Below, in pieces: positions 12,576 to 27,220 of a stretch of 64,000 nucleotides of DNA. This DNA is from the human T2T-CHM13v2.0 reference genome, Homo sapiens: NCBI RefSeq assembly GCF_009914755.1, contig NC_060928.1. One strand, given 5' to 3'. The notes under the pieces were generated by a model. That model ran no database searches and had not been told where the DNA came from. It saw only the letters and a program-made list of their open reading frames with translations. Position 1 is the first letter of the stretch. Every line of letters begins with the position of its first letter. The position numbers were made by a program, and so were the translations under genes.

Positions 12576-13722
12576 GTACAGACATTTCTCAAACCGTTTA
12601 GATGTATTCTAAATTCCAAGCCAATAAAATATGTACAGGGAGATTGCTGCCCCCTACTGATTAGCTTATAGCACACAGGAAGTCGTATACCACAGCTAAT
12701 AAACTTTTTGTCCTTCTTTTTAAAGTACACCACATCATGAGGCTGGTGATGGAGATTTCTCATAGCAGGTAAAGCCTACTCTGCCAGCCTACCTAAAATA
12801 TTATAGTTGGCAAACATCAACTTAAGAGATGTTGCATGTTGAATCCCTAATAATACCAGGGCTCTTAGTTTTCTCTGTAAATTTAATTTCAAACTTAACC
12901 CCAGCAGTGAAGACAACTGTCTTGTTGGGTATGACACTAACATTTTGGACAGATCATGCAGGAAAAGATAAAAAGTAAACCAAAGGGCAAAGATCCCTTT
13001 TTTTTTTTTTTCCTGAAGGAAAAAGATCCAAAGTTGAACCTTGAACTACTGGACATCTGAAAAGAAAAAGAAGATCACCAAAATAAGTATGGAAGCCATG
13101 CTGTATTTTTGTTATAATAACAGAGACAGCAAAGAATATAAATTTTTGACAGAAAACTGAGCAAGCTCAATAACACTGGTGCTAAATGAGAGATCCCCTG
13201 GAACATATAGACAACTATGTAAAGGTGTACATGAACTTTGTCTTCCTAGGGAAGTAAGCGATATTACCAATGTTGAATTATCAGTTGAACTCAAATTACT
13301 GGGCTTTACCTACAATTCACAGATATACTGGTGCCAATCTCACCCCCTCTAATAAGCAGTGAAATATATTTTATTCTATTATATAATTTGACCTTGCCCT
13401 GTGTATGCAGCAATTGCCTAAGCTTTCTAAATGCTTGTCATTTTAAGGATATTTGTGACTTTTTCAAAGCAACTCAAATACTACTTAACAGACATAGTAA
13501 CTTTGATACTTTCACATACAGTTTCTGTTTAGACCATCACAGAAGCCCACGTACAAGGTTGAACATTGAGACACAAAGTAGAAAAATACTTTGTCCAAAG
13601 TTATAGAGCTGGAGCCAGAATGTAATCCTATTTGTTTAATTCTTACTCCAGGGCACTATCTACTACACCAGTATAGAGAGATCATGGGTACAGAAGGAAG
13701 TCAGTTAAGAAAATGAGCAGAA

Positions 13723-14044
13723 GGCCAGGCATGGTGGCTCATGCCTGTAATCCCAGCACTTTGGGAGGCCGAGGTGGGTGGATCACAAGGTCAGGAGATC
13801 GAGACTATCCTGGCCAACACGGTGAAACCCTGTCTCTATTAAAAAAAAAATACAAATTATTAGCTGGGCGTGGTGGCACGTGCCTGTAGTCCCAGCTACT
13901 AGGGATGCTGAGGCAGGAGAATCACTTGAACCAGGAGGCAGAGGTTGCAGTGAGCCGAGATAGCGCCACTGTACTCCAGCCTGGGCGACAGAGCGAGACT
14001 CTGTCTCAAAAAAAAAAAAAAAAAAAAAAAAAAAGGAAAAGACA
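13723..14044 (+). mobile_element. AluSc-like
   Basis: ggatcacaaggtcaggagatcgagac; long A tail; TSD aagaaaatgagcag on both sides. Confidence 0.94.
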
Positions 14045-17000
14045 AAGAAAATGAGCAGGAGAAAAACAATATTTGGGACTCTAATTCTCTAACTTTCATG
14101 TGTTCTGAGAATAATAAAGTAAAATTTGAATGAAATGTTTTATATTCAGGTGTCTAGTATAAGCATCCTGTTTATATTCAGATTCCTAAAGTAAATTTGT
14201 TTAGAATTCTGATATTTTGTGATATGTCTAAAGAAAAAGCAGAAATATCTCAAATGAAAGAAAGCCAGGATATGAGAAAAAAAAGAAATGGATATATTTT
14301 TTCAAAAGGCTTTAAATTTATTTCTTCAGAAACTAATTGGCCATACACAAGAGGATGGAGAAGAAATGGGCTGCCCATCTTTGTTGTATTGAAGACTTAC
14401 ATGGATTTAAGAATCACACTAAAAATGAAAATGGAAATTGAAATATTTTTTCCTTAAACTCAACTTTTCCTACATCAAAATCTTTGTTAAATCAGTAACG
14501 TTTGCAAAGTTTAGTCCCTGGGGAGAAGATCATTGTGTAAACTGGCAAACACAAACTCATTCTCAACATTCTTTCTGGAATTAGAGAGATCATATGTGTG
14601 CAACCTTGAGTTTCCATGGTTGCTTCTCCCATGTCCTGGCATTCTGTTGGTGTCTCCATGTGAAGAGACTTGAAGAACCGTGAAACTAGGAAAAAACCAG
14701 GGACCTCACCCAAACACTAAATTGTGTTAGTGTACAGTTACTGCCAATGAATTTCTGAATAAACCTCAGGGAAAATGTGGACATCCTGAACATTAGCAAT
14801 ACTGATTGGGCTACATCCAGCTTGTTATTCAGATCCTCTGCCCATCCCTATTTTGAGTCTGTAATAATGATGTCATTTTTTATATCCTAAGGATGCCTGT
14901 TTAGGGAAAGCTGAAGAGAATATTGCCTAAGAAGATAAGTAATTTTTTTGTTTGTTGCTAATAAGCTCAGGAACAGCAAACATGGAAAAGAAAAATAGTT
15001 CTTTGAAAAAAAATAGAAACACCATAGAAACACAAAACTAGTCCAATCTTGCCTTCATAGCTTGAGAAGCAACTATTACAAATGAATTTAAGGGTTCTGT
15101 TGACCTATCTGATCGTAAATTTTTAAGAATTTATTTCATATTTGTTTGACTAAATGGCCTTTGAATTAAATAGCCATTTTGGCTTCAAGACAAAAGAATG
15201 GTTGAGTTACGCTAAGGACTGGAGCATTAGCATGCCTCACTGTGCTAAGATGTCATTCGTTCACAGGGAGCTTGAGTCCAGCCTATTAATAGGGTCAAAA
15301 TGATATTTCAGAGTAATCATTTCCGTGTAAAAGTTAATTTCATGATTTAATTTTTCTGTTTACGTATAGTAAAAAAATGCATGATGAGATTTTTAGAGAT
15401 GGAAATAAAATACCAGTTATTAAAGCTAGAAGTTTTATTCATTTTTTAATCCAGTAGTTTCCTTTTCTACCTGTTTTCTTTTTCATTATTTTTCTCTTTC
15501 TAGAATATTTTAATTCCAAAACAAATATTTTCATAGTCAGATTTCCTGGGCCAGTCACTTGGCTGAGGGATGAGGGAGTCTGGAAGGCAGAAGGCCCCAG
15601 CTGGGGGTGCCATTGCTTCTGTCTTGATAATTCCAAAAAGTTACATTCAGACAAGACAGCTGGACCGGGCTGGGCTGGAGACACAGTGATTTCCAATCTC
15701 ACATCTTAGGTGCTTCAGGGGAAGACCAAGACAATGTGAGTGGGGTCCAGTCTCCACATCCCAGATCCAGTTCAACCAAGGACATTCCACTATTGTCAGC
15801 TTTAAGAACTAGACTGTCGTATGTGATATTTTATTTAAAAAGGGGGCTAAGGTATTAATTAAAATTCAAAAAAAATTCCTCATTTCTCTGATAAATAAAC
15901 TGAGATCCTGAGTGTTTAGCTGTCTTTTCCATGGTTACCCACAGTGCTATAAAAAGAATCCCAATTTCCCTGAAGGACAGAAGCCTAAATTGCAATTACA
16001 ATTCAGTCAGTGAACATTTCATGCCTAGGTTAATACACATGTTGTAACTTTTATGAGTAAAGATGAAATGAATAATGAAATGCTGTCCACCTTGACACCT
16101 TGAAAGATACACTGAATAACGTGGGCTTGGTTCTGACCTCCTAAAATGCCTGCCTTGTATTTTCTCACAGCCTAAAACTTTTCAGACAGATGCCTCTTGT
16201 TTTTTTCTTTGATATTGAACATATTATTGTAACTCAATAACTGATAATATAAACATTTTGCAAATTGATATTCACTTATGAAATTTGGAATAAGCAAATA
16301 AAAGGTTTTTAAATATTAGGAAAGGCTTCTTATTACTAGTATTATTAGTTACTAGAGTTCTAGATACTAGAGTTCCCGTTATATCTTGAAAAGAACTGAA
16401 GCATCAAAGTAATAAGTTTTATAATATAAAGTTTCATTCTTTCTATGTATTTTCAATTATCTTTTAGAGCTCATTAATATTCACTTTTTTTTTTCCTACA
16501 TAAGGATAAATTATTCATGCTGGTTTCTTTTTCAGTGTGTAAGGGTTTGGAAAGTAGAGACCTTTTTTTTTTAATGGTATATTGGTTTATTAATGTATGG
16601 AAGCTTAAATTCAGAAGCCATGTGACTCTTTTGGAAGTCAATAACATAATACACACATACCAATTATTATTTTATTGTAAAAATATTTCCTTTAACTTAA
16701 TCTTCCAAAAGGTACATGATAATGTGCCTTAGATATATTCAATACTGGTTTATAAGCTTTTTTTTCATTTGGTCAATAAATGATTAAGAGCATTTTAAGG
16801 TTAATGATCTCATGATGTGATCAATCATTGTAAGTTACAATCTGCCACCAGGGCTTCTCATTTTGCTGAAAGAAAATGATTTCTTGATAATGATCACAAG
16901 AAGCACATCTGTATGCTGGTTGAAAAGTTAATTAAAATGTGATTCCATCTGGTGGTCCAGTTGGGAATGTCACCATTCGATTTAATCTACATTGAGCTGA

Positions 17001-17313
17001 AATGAACTTGGCATAATCAAAGGATATAATGCAGTGGGGGACATGGAGATATAAGTTACTGTTGCACATGTTAATTTATTTTTTCTTCTTTTTTAAAAGA
17101 CTTTTTTCTTTTATAAAAGCCAGAAGCCTGGGAATACAGAATTTCCTTATGATTTTCTCAATATGGGAACATTTACCTTTATGTGAATTTCATCTAACTG
17201 CACATTTATTCCTATTTTCTCTCTTCACTTTCGGTAGGGTTGATAAAGCTGATGTGAGCACACATTATTTGAAAGCTGCTGACTTCAATCACTCATTTTG
17301 TTCTGATATCATG

Positions 17314-17825
17314 TGTATTAGGTTTCTATTACTGTTAAAAAATTTGCAAGTAACTTGATGCATTAAAACAACACAAGCTTATTATCCTACAGTTCTGGAG
17401 GTGGAAGGTCTGAAATGTGTCTCACTGGCTAAAATCCAGGTATCAGCAAGATTGTGTTTCTTCAGAAGGCTGTAAGGGGGAATCAGTTTCCTTTCCTATT
17501 CCAGCTTCAGGAGGCCACCCACATTCTTTGGCCTGTGTCTCCCTTCCATCTTCACAGCCAGCAGCCAGCATGGCTGATCTGCTCCTTCTTGTGATGCTCT
17601 CTCTGGTTCTGACTCTTCTGCTTTTCTCTTCTCATTTAAGGACCCCGGCAATCACAGTGAGCCCATCCAGATTATCCATAACAATCTCCTTATTTTAAAA
17701 TCAGCTGATTAGTCATCTTAATTCTATTTGCAATTTTAATTTTCTATTGCCATAAGATAACACAGTCACAAGTTTTACGGATGAGGATGCAGGCATCTTT
17801 GAGGGCCATTATTCTGTCTTCCATA
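17314..17825 (-). mobile_element. MaLR LTR (MLT1D-like)
   Basis: tgtattaggtttctattactg...acagttctggaggtggaaggtctgaaat...gggccattattctgtct. Confidence 0.85.
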
Positions 17826-18574
17826 CATAACTAGTTTATTCTAGTCCTTATACCTGAGTAGAGAGTGATGCCTTTGCTTTCTTCTTGAAGTAATTGAAAG
17901 AGTTTTCCCTTTTTGGTTTGGCTAATATTTACCAGTTTGCACATATGCTGCAACATTTTCTAGTCATACAACAAGAGTTTTCCCTAAGGGATGCAGAACT
18001 GGAGATACAATTTGCATTAAAAGGCGATTCCCTTGGGTATTATTACAATGTACAATTGAGTACATATAAATTTCCATTTCTTTGCATGAAAAAGCAGTAT
18101 TTTTTTAAAACTAACTCAGAAATTCCCTGCGCTCTTATTTTATGGTGTGCCTAATTTTTTAAACTTCTCATTTACTAATTATGGGTTAGCCAACATTTCA
18201 TCTTATAAATTTACTCTCCTCATTTTTCTATTTAAAGTGAAAGCTGTTTTTCAACTGATAAACATATTTCTGCCTAACTTAAATGGGTATGAAGTTACAT
18301 TTTGCTTGTTGAGATTGTAACATCACGATTAGTCCAACTCCAAGTTCCAGACTCCATGGAAAACGTTTAACAATATGAGTGAATACTTCTGCAAATAAGA
18401 ATACACCCAATGAGATAAACATAAAATATGACTCTTATAATAGTGACAATGCAAGCAAAATATTACTTGTATTTGTGGGACAGTTATTTCAAAATGAGAA
18501 AAATACAAGAATTTCTAGTGCTGATGTTTATCAGTCATATTGTAATCATTTAAGAACTGCTAGAATATATACTT

Positions 18575-19117
18575 GTATATGAAGGGATTCGTTATATAGA
18601 TTTGATGTTATACAATTGTGAGAGATGTTTAAGCAGTTTCTGTTGTCTTTCTTCAAGCTTTGCTAGAGCTTAAAGTCTGCAGGGCAGAAAGCAGAGAAGG
18701 GAAGATGGATATAAAATAGTAGAGAGCAAGGATGAGCTCCCAATCATGAGTTTGAGCCCACAAGAATGGATCATAACCTATATCATCTCTTGCTATCTGT
18801 GACCTTGAAGGCATTGGTGTCCTGTAGAAGCTGAGGTCCATTGTCCTTGAGCCTAGGTGTCGTAGAAGCTGAAGGAGGATAATTGAATATTAAGTGGAAG
18901 AAGTTGTAGGTCTGGATTAAGCCTCACTCCAATGAGATCAGCCAGCAGGTAATTGCCAGAATGTCTGAATGATAGCATAGTTGCTGCTTCACTTCTGCCC
19001 TCCATGAGCCCCACAGTAATCTTCCTTGTTGCCCACCCTAAGTGGAACCCACAGTGAAGGGAATTCTGGGAAATGTTCTTCAGTCTAGCCAAGTTGACAC
19101 ACTACAAAGCCACCACA
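18575..19117 (-). mobile_element. ERVL solo LTR (LTR52/LTR41-like)
   Basis: Ends gaagggaattctgggaaatg...agccaagttgacacactacaaagccaccaca (reverse complement TGTGGTGGCTTTG...); left boundary approximate. Confidence 0.7.
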
Positions 19118-22100
19118 TGGTATGAGAACATTTATGATCTAATAAAATATTTCTCTCCAGTAACTCTCCACCACCAAATACAACACATCATCTTGCTCTC
19201 CTCCTTTCCCTTCTTCACATTCGATTTGAGTATTGAATGTATTTGTTTACTGAAATAGAAGTCACATAATTTTTTGAGATAAAAACACTAACTGATAAAG
19301 CCTTTATGTCTCTCATTTATATTTCTCAATACATTGTCTGATGTCATCAGCCTTTTCAGGCCAAATAATAATTTATTTTATTTAAGTAATGGAAAATAAA
19401 GCAATAGGACAGGAATTAAGCACCCTGTTTTATAGAAATGCCATACTCTTAACTAGCTAAATGAGGTAGAATATTGAAGTGACTCTCTGTATAATCCCAG
19501 GTTTGTTTGTTTCTTAAGTAAAGCCTCTCTTCCTTAAATTGTATTTCTGAAAACAGGGTTTCTTACTTTAAATTATTCACATATTTCAATTTATTCATTA
19601 TTTTATTTCCCATTTGTATGTGTGATATGTACGAATAATACACTGGCATTTTATAAAACCAACTTTCATTATATTTGGTTCTAACAATTGGTGAAGTGTT
19701 ACTTATACTTTGGTTTAGGAAATTGGCAAAAATCATTATAAATATGTCTATACAGAAACAAGAGAAAAATGCAACAATTACCTGGAATATGTATTTAGAA
19801 AAATGATCTTTTTTTAGTTGGATATTTAAGGCAAAAATTGCATTACTTGTGCTATTTTTTCCTTCAAAATGTCCTGATTGTCCAAATTCCTTTGTGTACA
19901 CAAAGAGTTATGTATTTCAAAGTAAATCTAAATGTAAATAAAAGGTTTTTGTATTCCAGAATTTTTTAGAAGAAATTGCATCTTTAGCATCATTTCTTTG
20001 ACCGTTGTAAACAATGTTATAATGACTTAAAATTATACAAATAGCACACTTACCTTAATTAGTAATCAAAAATTTACATAATGTATCTATGATGCATTTG
20101 CTGAGCATATGAAATCTTGGTACACTGTTTGACTGTTTTAAAGTTAAGTTTCTTACTATATACTTCCCTGATGGTTATTATGAATATGATAATAGGAGTA
20201 GGGATATAATAAGAACATAAATGGCCATTTTAAAAGCTTACACTAGCTTTCTGTTCATTATAAAGTAATTATGCATCTTCCTACTGCACATAACAAGGCT
20301 CTAATTATATTGAAATGTTCAGAGGACAATATAAACCACAGAGGCAAAATACAAGTGGTGTGTTCATGTCACTGGAATCCTCAATGTGCTTGTAGCATTC
20401 TGAGCACAATTTTACCATTTACTTTTTATACGTGTAGTAAAAGAGAAACCTTAAATGAGACTTTATAGTTCCTATTTCACTATAAATCAGTCAGGATGCA
20501 ATTATTTTCTGGGATCTGAACCACATATCTTTACAATTCATTCTATCCTTAATGAAATCTGAGAACAGAAATCAAGGGAGGCCCTAGCAAATCCCCTGGA
20601 GAGGTAAACGTGATCATGACCTGTACTCTGTCCTTACTTCTATACCTATTCAGATGTCATTCTCATTCATTGAGCAGGAACATGCTTATTCTCAGAGCTA
20701 GGACAGTCTTGTCTTGTCCAAGGATTGAATTAACCCTCCCCTGATTTAATGTTGATTAATTTTATTTACCAAGGTTTACCAAAACTCAGTTTCTCTGGAG
20801 CATTGATTTTTAATCTGTAGACTGTAAAACTTCTTGAAATCTCATGCAAAATTGTCTGTTATATGCAGATACTCGTTTTTCTCAGAAGTATCCAAGCCTT
20901 TATAAGTTTTTAACTGGGACTATGACAAACAAAAATGGAACAATTACTGCTTTAGAGGGGTTTCTGAATGACTTTCCCCCCTTACGAACTTCTAAGAAAA
21001 CCCTAAACACTTAAAAAAAAGAAATATTTCAGCACACGCTGCATATCATTTGACTGTAGTATCTTGTTTGGAAATGTTATGTACCGTATAGCAATGAAGG
21101 CTGTGGTAGTAAGAACTCTGATAGCTCTGCTTTCAAATTAATGGATTATACTGTCATGTTGGCAGTAAATTATTTAGTCCCAAATGTCACTCATTCTATT
21201 CTAGTGTGTATTAAGTAAATAGGTAAATTAAATCAAAGAAACAACATTAAAATCTCTTTGTAAATGTGTGTTTTTTTGATGATACAACTACAAGGCTAAA
21301 GGTGTCAGTCACAAAACACCCATTTTCCCATATTTTTTGAGATTTCTCATTTTAAATTTTTCTTGTAGAACTAAATACCATTCCAAGTGTACACCACTGC
21401 AGGCAGCTAAAATAAAAAACGTAAACCTTCTCTTTTGCCACAAAGTCTAGACTAATTGACTTTCTTCTATTCGTCTGTGCCTAAGTCAACTTACTGAATG
21501 ATATATTCCTTGAGGGTTTAGTAGGCCCAGGCATTGTTCCAGCATTTTGGATTCAATGAGACTTAGGAAGAAAAAACACCAGGTCTCAGTAACTTACAAA
21601 TTTTGAAGAACGAAGGAAAAAGAGGAAATTAGTATGACCTCAACACTTCTTTTGTGGATAACTAGTAGACAGAAGAGCCATTTAATAAGATAAATAATAT
21701 GAAAAAGACTATGTAAGGGTAAGAAATCGTATCCAGAAGCTTGTTGAAGTATTTTCAGTGGCTAAAATGACTATTTCTTTGCATGAAAAGTTGACATTAT
21801 CTAGCACAGAGGAAAAATGTGTAAGGTTGCTAGATTTGCTAATTCTTTGGAGAAATAGTGACATACATGCACATCAAAGAACATCATAAAACATAATAAA
21901 TAGATAGTTTTTACGTTAAGAAAATTTGTCTTTGTGATGAAAATTATTCACCCATTGGGATTAGATAATTTTAAAGAAATATCCTTGTCTGAATATTATG
22001 TGGCTTCAAGGTTTCAAGTTTCCTGGTAACGACTGCAGTGACCATGTAAATGTATTAATAGAAAACCCAAGAGGGATGATAAGGTTAACTCTATTAGACG

Positions 22101-22191
22101 TAAAGGTGAGTCAGCAAAGGAGTATGACTAGTTTCAACCATTTCCCACTTCAGTTATTGAGGGTTGTCACTATGATACCATAACCTGAGAC

Positions 22192-23057
22192 CAGTGGCAT
22201 GCTGGAGCTAGCTTCTACCAGTTCATGAGAGCCAATAGTTTAACCTTGAATATTGTGACCAGTTGTTTATTAAACACAGCCATTACTCAGAATTCATATG
22301 ATATAAACTTATATGGAAAACAAAATAAATATTCAGGCTCATTACTTAATTATTTAGTACATTTTAATGTTATCTGAGCTCTTGAGGTTTTCTCATGTTT
22401 ATTGTACCTGGATGGTGGAAATATTATAAATCAGTGTGCATCCTTACCAACTCTGCATCTAATGAGGTTACATGGGTGCCCTAATGTCAGTCAAAGTGAG
22501 AGACTTTACACCACTGAAATTGGCAAATTCTACAAATGTAGGCTTGGTTTATTGTTTCATTGATTGTTAGAATTAAGATAGCAGAGAAAATGTTAATAAT
22601 GAAGATTAAACTTAAAAGTGTGAAGCCCTATTTGCTGTATAGTCATTATATTCTAAACAGCATAAAAATTGAGAGTACAGTCTTCTGATATTCAAAGACT
22701 ATTATCAATGTACAAAAGAAAACACTCATCACTAACTACTCATGACCAAATAACATTCCAATGTACATTTTCAGTGATTCACATTCATCTTACTGTTAAC
22801 TAAACAAAACCACCAACCAATACTCTTATCATTACACTAATCTGTCAATTGTAGCCATAGGCTAACTACAGCTATATTACATAAATTAAGGCATTCTGTG
22901 AAAACTAATGATACAAAATTTACAATAAACATACTTTGTTAGTATTTATAAATTGTGTGCTACACATTCTTGACATCAGTAGTTTATAAATAAATATATA
23001 GAGAGAAATACGTATGTAGACCTTATTTTTTCAGTGAGCACCTGTTAAACACCACTG
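22192..23057 (+). mobile_element. MER63 (C/D-like, hAT-Blackjack), near full length
   Basis: CAGTGG...CCACTG termini; gctggagctagcttctaccagttcatgagagcc start; 8-bp TSD cctgagac / cctcagac. Confidence 0.88.
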
Positions 23058-23194
23058 CCTCAGACATGGAACCAAGTTTACTACTTTCATGGTGTCCAAG
23101 TGTGACATTTTGGGGCTAGCTGGCTGTATCCTGAAATAACTTAACATATTTATGGAATATTTCCTAGCTCTTCATCTTAAAGTGATATACCGGA

Positions 23195-23330
23195 TTATAT
23201 AGATATAGATATAGATATAGATACATATAGATATATATACACACATATATATAATATATACATATATAATACATATAATTATATATAATATATAATTATA
23301 TATAATACATATAAATATATATAATATATA
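23195..23330. repeat. (TAGATA)n / (TA)-rich low-complexity tract
   Basis: Direct reading. Confidence 0.92.
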
Positions 23331-24359
23331 GTGTTCATGTCCCTCCTCTGTGTTCTGAATCCTGAATGACAGGTTTAAGATTGCTTTTTTGCCTTAATTT
23401 ATGTTGTGAGTTTCTTTCTATGATTATCAATGAGTTCTCACATGAGTATGCAAGCATAATAAAAGTCAAACTCCAGCAATTTCCTGACAAGTTATAAAAT
23501 AATAAAATACCCCTAAATGGTATATCACAGAAGATGATATTTTTACGCCAGAGGTGTGGTGACACCTATAAATCATCTCAGCATTTCTTTTAAAATTTCT
23601 ATTCTCACTGGTAGAAACTAAAGGAAAAATGAATAGGGTAAGCGTCATCCAGAGCAAACCAATATAACTTTGGGGGAAAGTAAAAGATCCAGAAGTCCTA
23701 TAATGCTTATGTAAATTAGAGAAGAGAATGCTTCACTCCCTCAATTCTCCTCTCATATTTACCTTTTACCTACATTCTAAAGGTCTGAGAACTTAGCACA
23801 TAATATTAAAAATAAAATATAAGTGGCTGAATATGGCTATTGAAGAAATATCTTTATTCAAATATACAGCCTTACTACAGGTCCAATATATTTGCACAGA
23901 CTCTGTTCTACTCTCTAGGCTGGCAAGAACATTCCATTGGCAGACACCCTATAACATACTGTGGCTGCAGATGAAAATGCGTCTTTCACAAATAAGGGAG
24001 AAGTATGTTTTCCTTACAGATTAATAGATAATAACCCTTCAATCAATCACAGAAAACACAACACGAAATAAACTACACACCTGATTACAGGAAATTTCCT
24101 CAAAGAGACAAACAAACATTTGCTTCATTTTTTAGAGCTAGTGGATTATTTATCTTTTGATAACAAAAAGACACCCTTTGGTATTATGAATGTTTCCAAG
24201 CCATAATTTTATGAAACATCAGAGCTTTCCTTATCATTTTGCATCTACTGCAAAAATTTTGCAACATTTACTCATATGTAAAAAATAGTTTCCTCAGATT
24301 TTTAAACATTATAGAACTCCAGTCAATACCTATATTGTTAATATTGGTGGTAAAAATAA

Positions 24360-24550
24360 TAATTACTATAGGCCAAGCATTAGGACATATTTTTTTCATT
24401 ATCTCATTTAATTCCCATAAAAATCTTCAGTGTACATGCTGCTGTCTTTTTTTCAGATAAGGATACGGCGATGTAAAAAAAAAAAAAAAAAAAAAAGTCT
24501 TATCCAAGGATATAAAGCCTGTAGGTGTTAGAGATCTGCCTGACTCTACA
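24360..24550 (-). mobile_element. MIR with an internal poly-A run
   Basis: attatctcatttaattccca...tttcagataagga...ttatccaagg. Confidence 0.6.
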
Positions 24551-24647
24551 GTTTTTTTAGAAATTTCACTCATTCCCATGGGAAGAAAAGGCAATCCAGA
24601 CAGAAAAACTTCTTTTCTTTTTTTATAACCTGTGAAAATCTGATTAA

Positions 24648-25009
<362 letters not shown>

Positions 25010-26779
25010 AATATTGCCATTTTTGACCCAGCAGAGACACCAAAGTTGATGCTGGCTTTTTCCGCCTTATGTTCTGATCTACCCTCATCTGTATATTGAG
25101 AGATTTTATTTGTTCTGTCAAGTTAACTTTATAAAATTTGCTTTACTTCTTTTATTGCATTTTGTACTACTATACTTTAAAACAGCCTTTTCTTTAAAAT
25201 AAAAAAAGAAAATTAAAATAGGTTAATTTTCTGCACATTTATAATTTTTCTAAACTCACAAATGTTACCACCAATGACTCTAGCTGTACATTGCTATCAT
25301 CCAAATTTATCAAGTAAGAAATTTAGGTCTTTTTCCTGTTTGGTTTAAAGTTTCAGCTTGAGGGTCTCTGTACAGAGATGGCCAAGTTTATTTAGAAAGA
25401 GTGCATTTTTTTTATATCTTTTTCTTTGAAATGGCTTAAAATGACCTGCCGTCTTTGTTAAAAGATTTAAGAAATTTTTAAAAATTGAATTTTGAGGTTT
25501 GATTTCTTTAGTAGGTCCAAATTGAACTTAAATGTTCTCTGAAGTGTCTAGGAGCTTGCGCAATCTATGATAATTCTGCCTTGAAGCATTTAGCTTTCAA
25601 TTTAACTTCTCCTTCTCAGTTGGAGATCCTCACTCCAATTTTTCAACTGACACATATTCTCAGATTAAAAAGAAATCAGAATTGCCATTATAAAGGGCTT
25701 ACTTCGTCTCTTGTTGAAAAGAACACTAACAAACAACTTCAATGAGTTATGGACAGAAATATTAATACTTTAAGTTGCCTTATTACAAAGTTATGAGCAT
25801 ATTAAAAATAGAATTTAAATTAGTTAGAAAGACATGTAGTTTTACTCCCATTTTGGCATGGGGAAAAACAAAAAAAGTTCTGTCAAACATGAAGATTGTT
25901 CAGTTGCACTGAATGAAAAGTCATGATCAAAAAGTGTGAAATATTTTATTAAAATCATGCTATAGCAGCTTCTGATTTTTTTTATTAGGAAATGCATGGC
26001 TAATTATTGTTTTGCAAGAGCTTGAATATATTTCAAAGACTGAATGAATCATCTACAATACTGTGCTTATTAGAAATTTATTGAGTGTAACCTTTTGCAC
26101 TTTGTAATATGTTTCTGAAAACTAATCTCTCTGGAAGACCAAATTGAATCTCATTTTTTGGTTTGAGTTCTGGCAGATAGGTAGCAAAGTAAGAACTGTA
26201 AGTCAATAATCATTCAACATAGGGGGATAGGATTAAATTTCCTATACTTTCTCTTTCTTTAAGCCATTAGCTCTTGAATTGATATGCAACCATTATATGT
26301 CAAATATCTGGACTTCCTGGTGGCTACAATAATGCCGAAAATATTTAATATGAAGCCTTTAAAATGTATACCACGTGAATAAGTCCAGCTAATAATAAGG
26401 CCCATTATTCCTTAGTTAGCAAAAGACTATTGTAGAGAGAGGTCTCTGCTGTGCTTTTTAAAAAGCACACCTAAATATTTTAATGTGACTTATAGCTATA
26501 GGTAAGTTTCTGTTACCTACATATTACTATAAACAGGCAAACACATTTCTGATATAGACATGCCCATATGTCTACCTAAGATTAAGAAAAACAATCATTC
26601 TAGAAGAAATAATTTACCAAACAGGGTTGTCATAGTTCTGTTAAATTTGGCCAGAACACTGCTCATTCATTTTTATGGCAATCACTTAGCTATATGTATC
26701 TAAGTGACAGACAATATCTCTTAGATTAGAAGAAGTAGTATAATAGATACTATAAAATTGAATGTTTTCCATGGGTCTA

Positions 26780-26970
26780 GCCCCGAGCTAAGCATTTTAC
26801 ATATATTAATGTATTTAATCTTAACAAGAAATCTATAAGGTAGGTTCACACAGTTTTGTGAATGAAGAAATTAAGATTTAGAGAATTCAAGGTGCCACAT
26901 AGCTAGAATCAAACCCATGTCTGTCCCATTCTAAAGGCCATGTTGTCACATCATTGTGTGATATTGCCAC
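26780..26970 (-). mobile_element. MIR fragment
   Basis: ctaagcattttacatatatta...atttaatcttaacaag...atgaagaaattaaga. Confidence 0.6.
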
Positions 26971-27220
26971 CTTGAATAAAAGCTACCTGACGACTATGAA
27001 AGTGAATAAGCAGTATTCTAGCCAACTTTAACAGGACTACTATAACCTTGTTCAGTAGATCATTTCTTTTAGAATGGTCTGTGAATTGGAAATATTAGCA
27101 GTAGCCGGGCACACTTAATTACAAATGAGTAATTGCACCATAACCACTTAGAATGGCATATACAATACAAACTGGGTTACCAGTTACTAGAGATCAATGG
27201 TCAGGGAGTGAATGTGTATA

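Noticed and set aside
12989-13029. Poly-T flanked by repeated aaagatcc as an ultra-truncated retroinsertion
   Set aside because: An 8-bp repeat in A-rich context is weak evidence and there is no identifiable element body.
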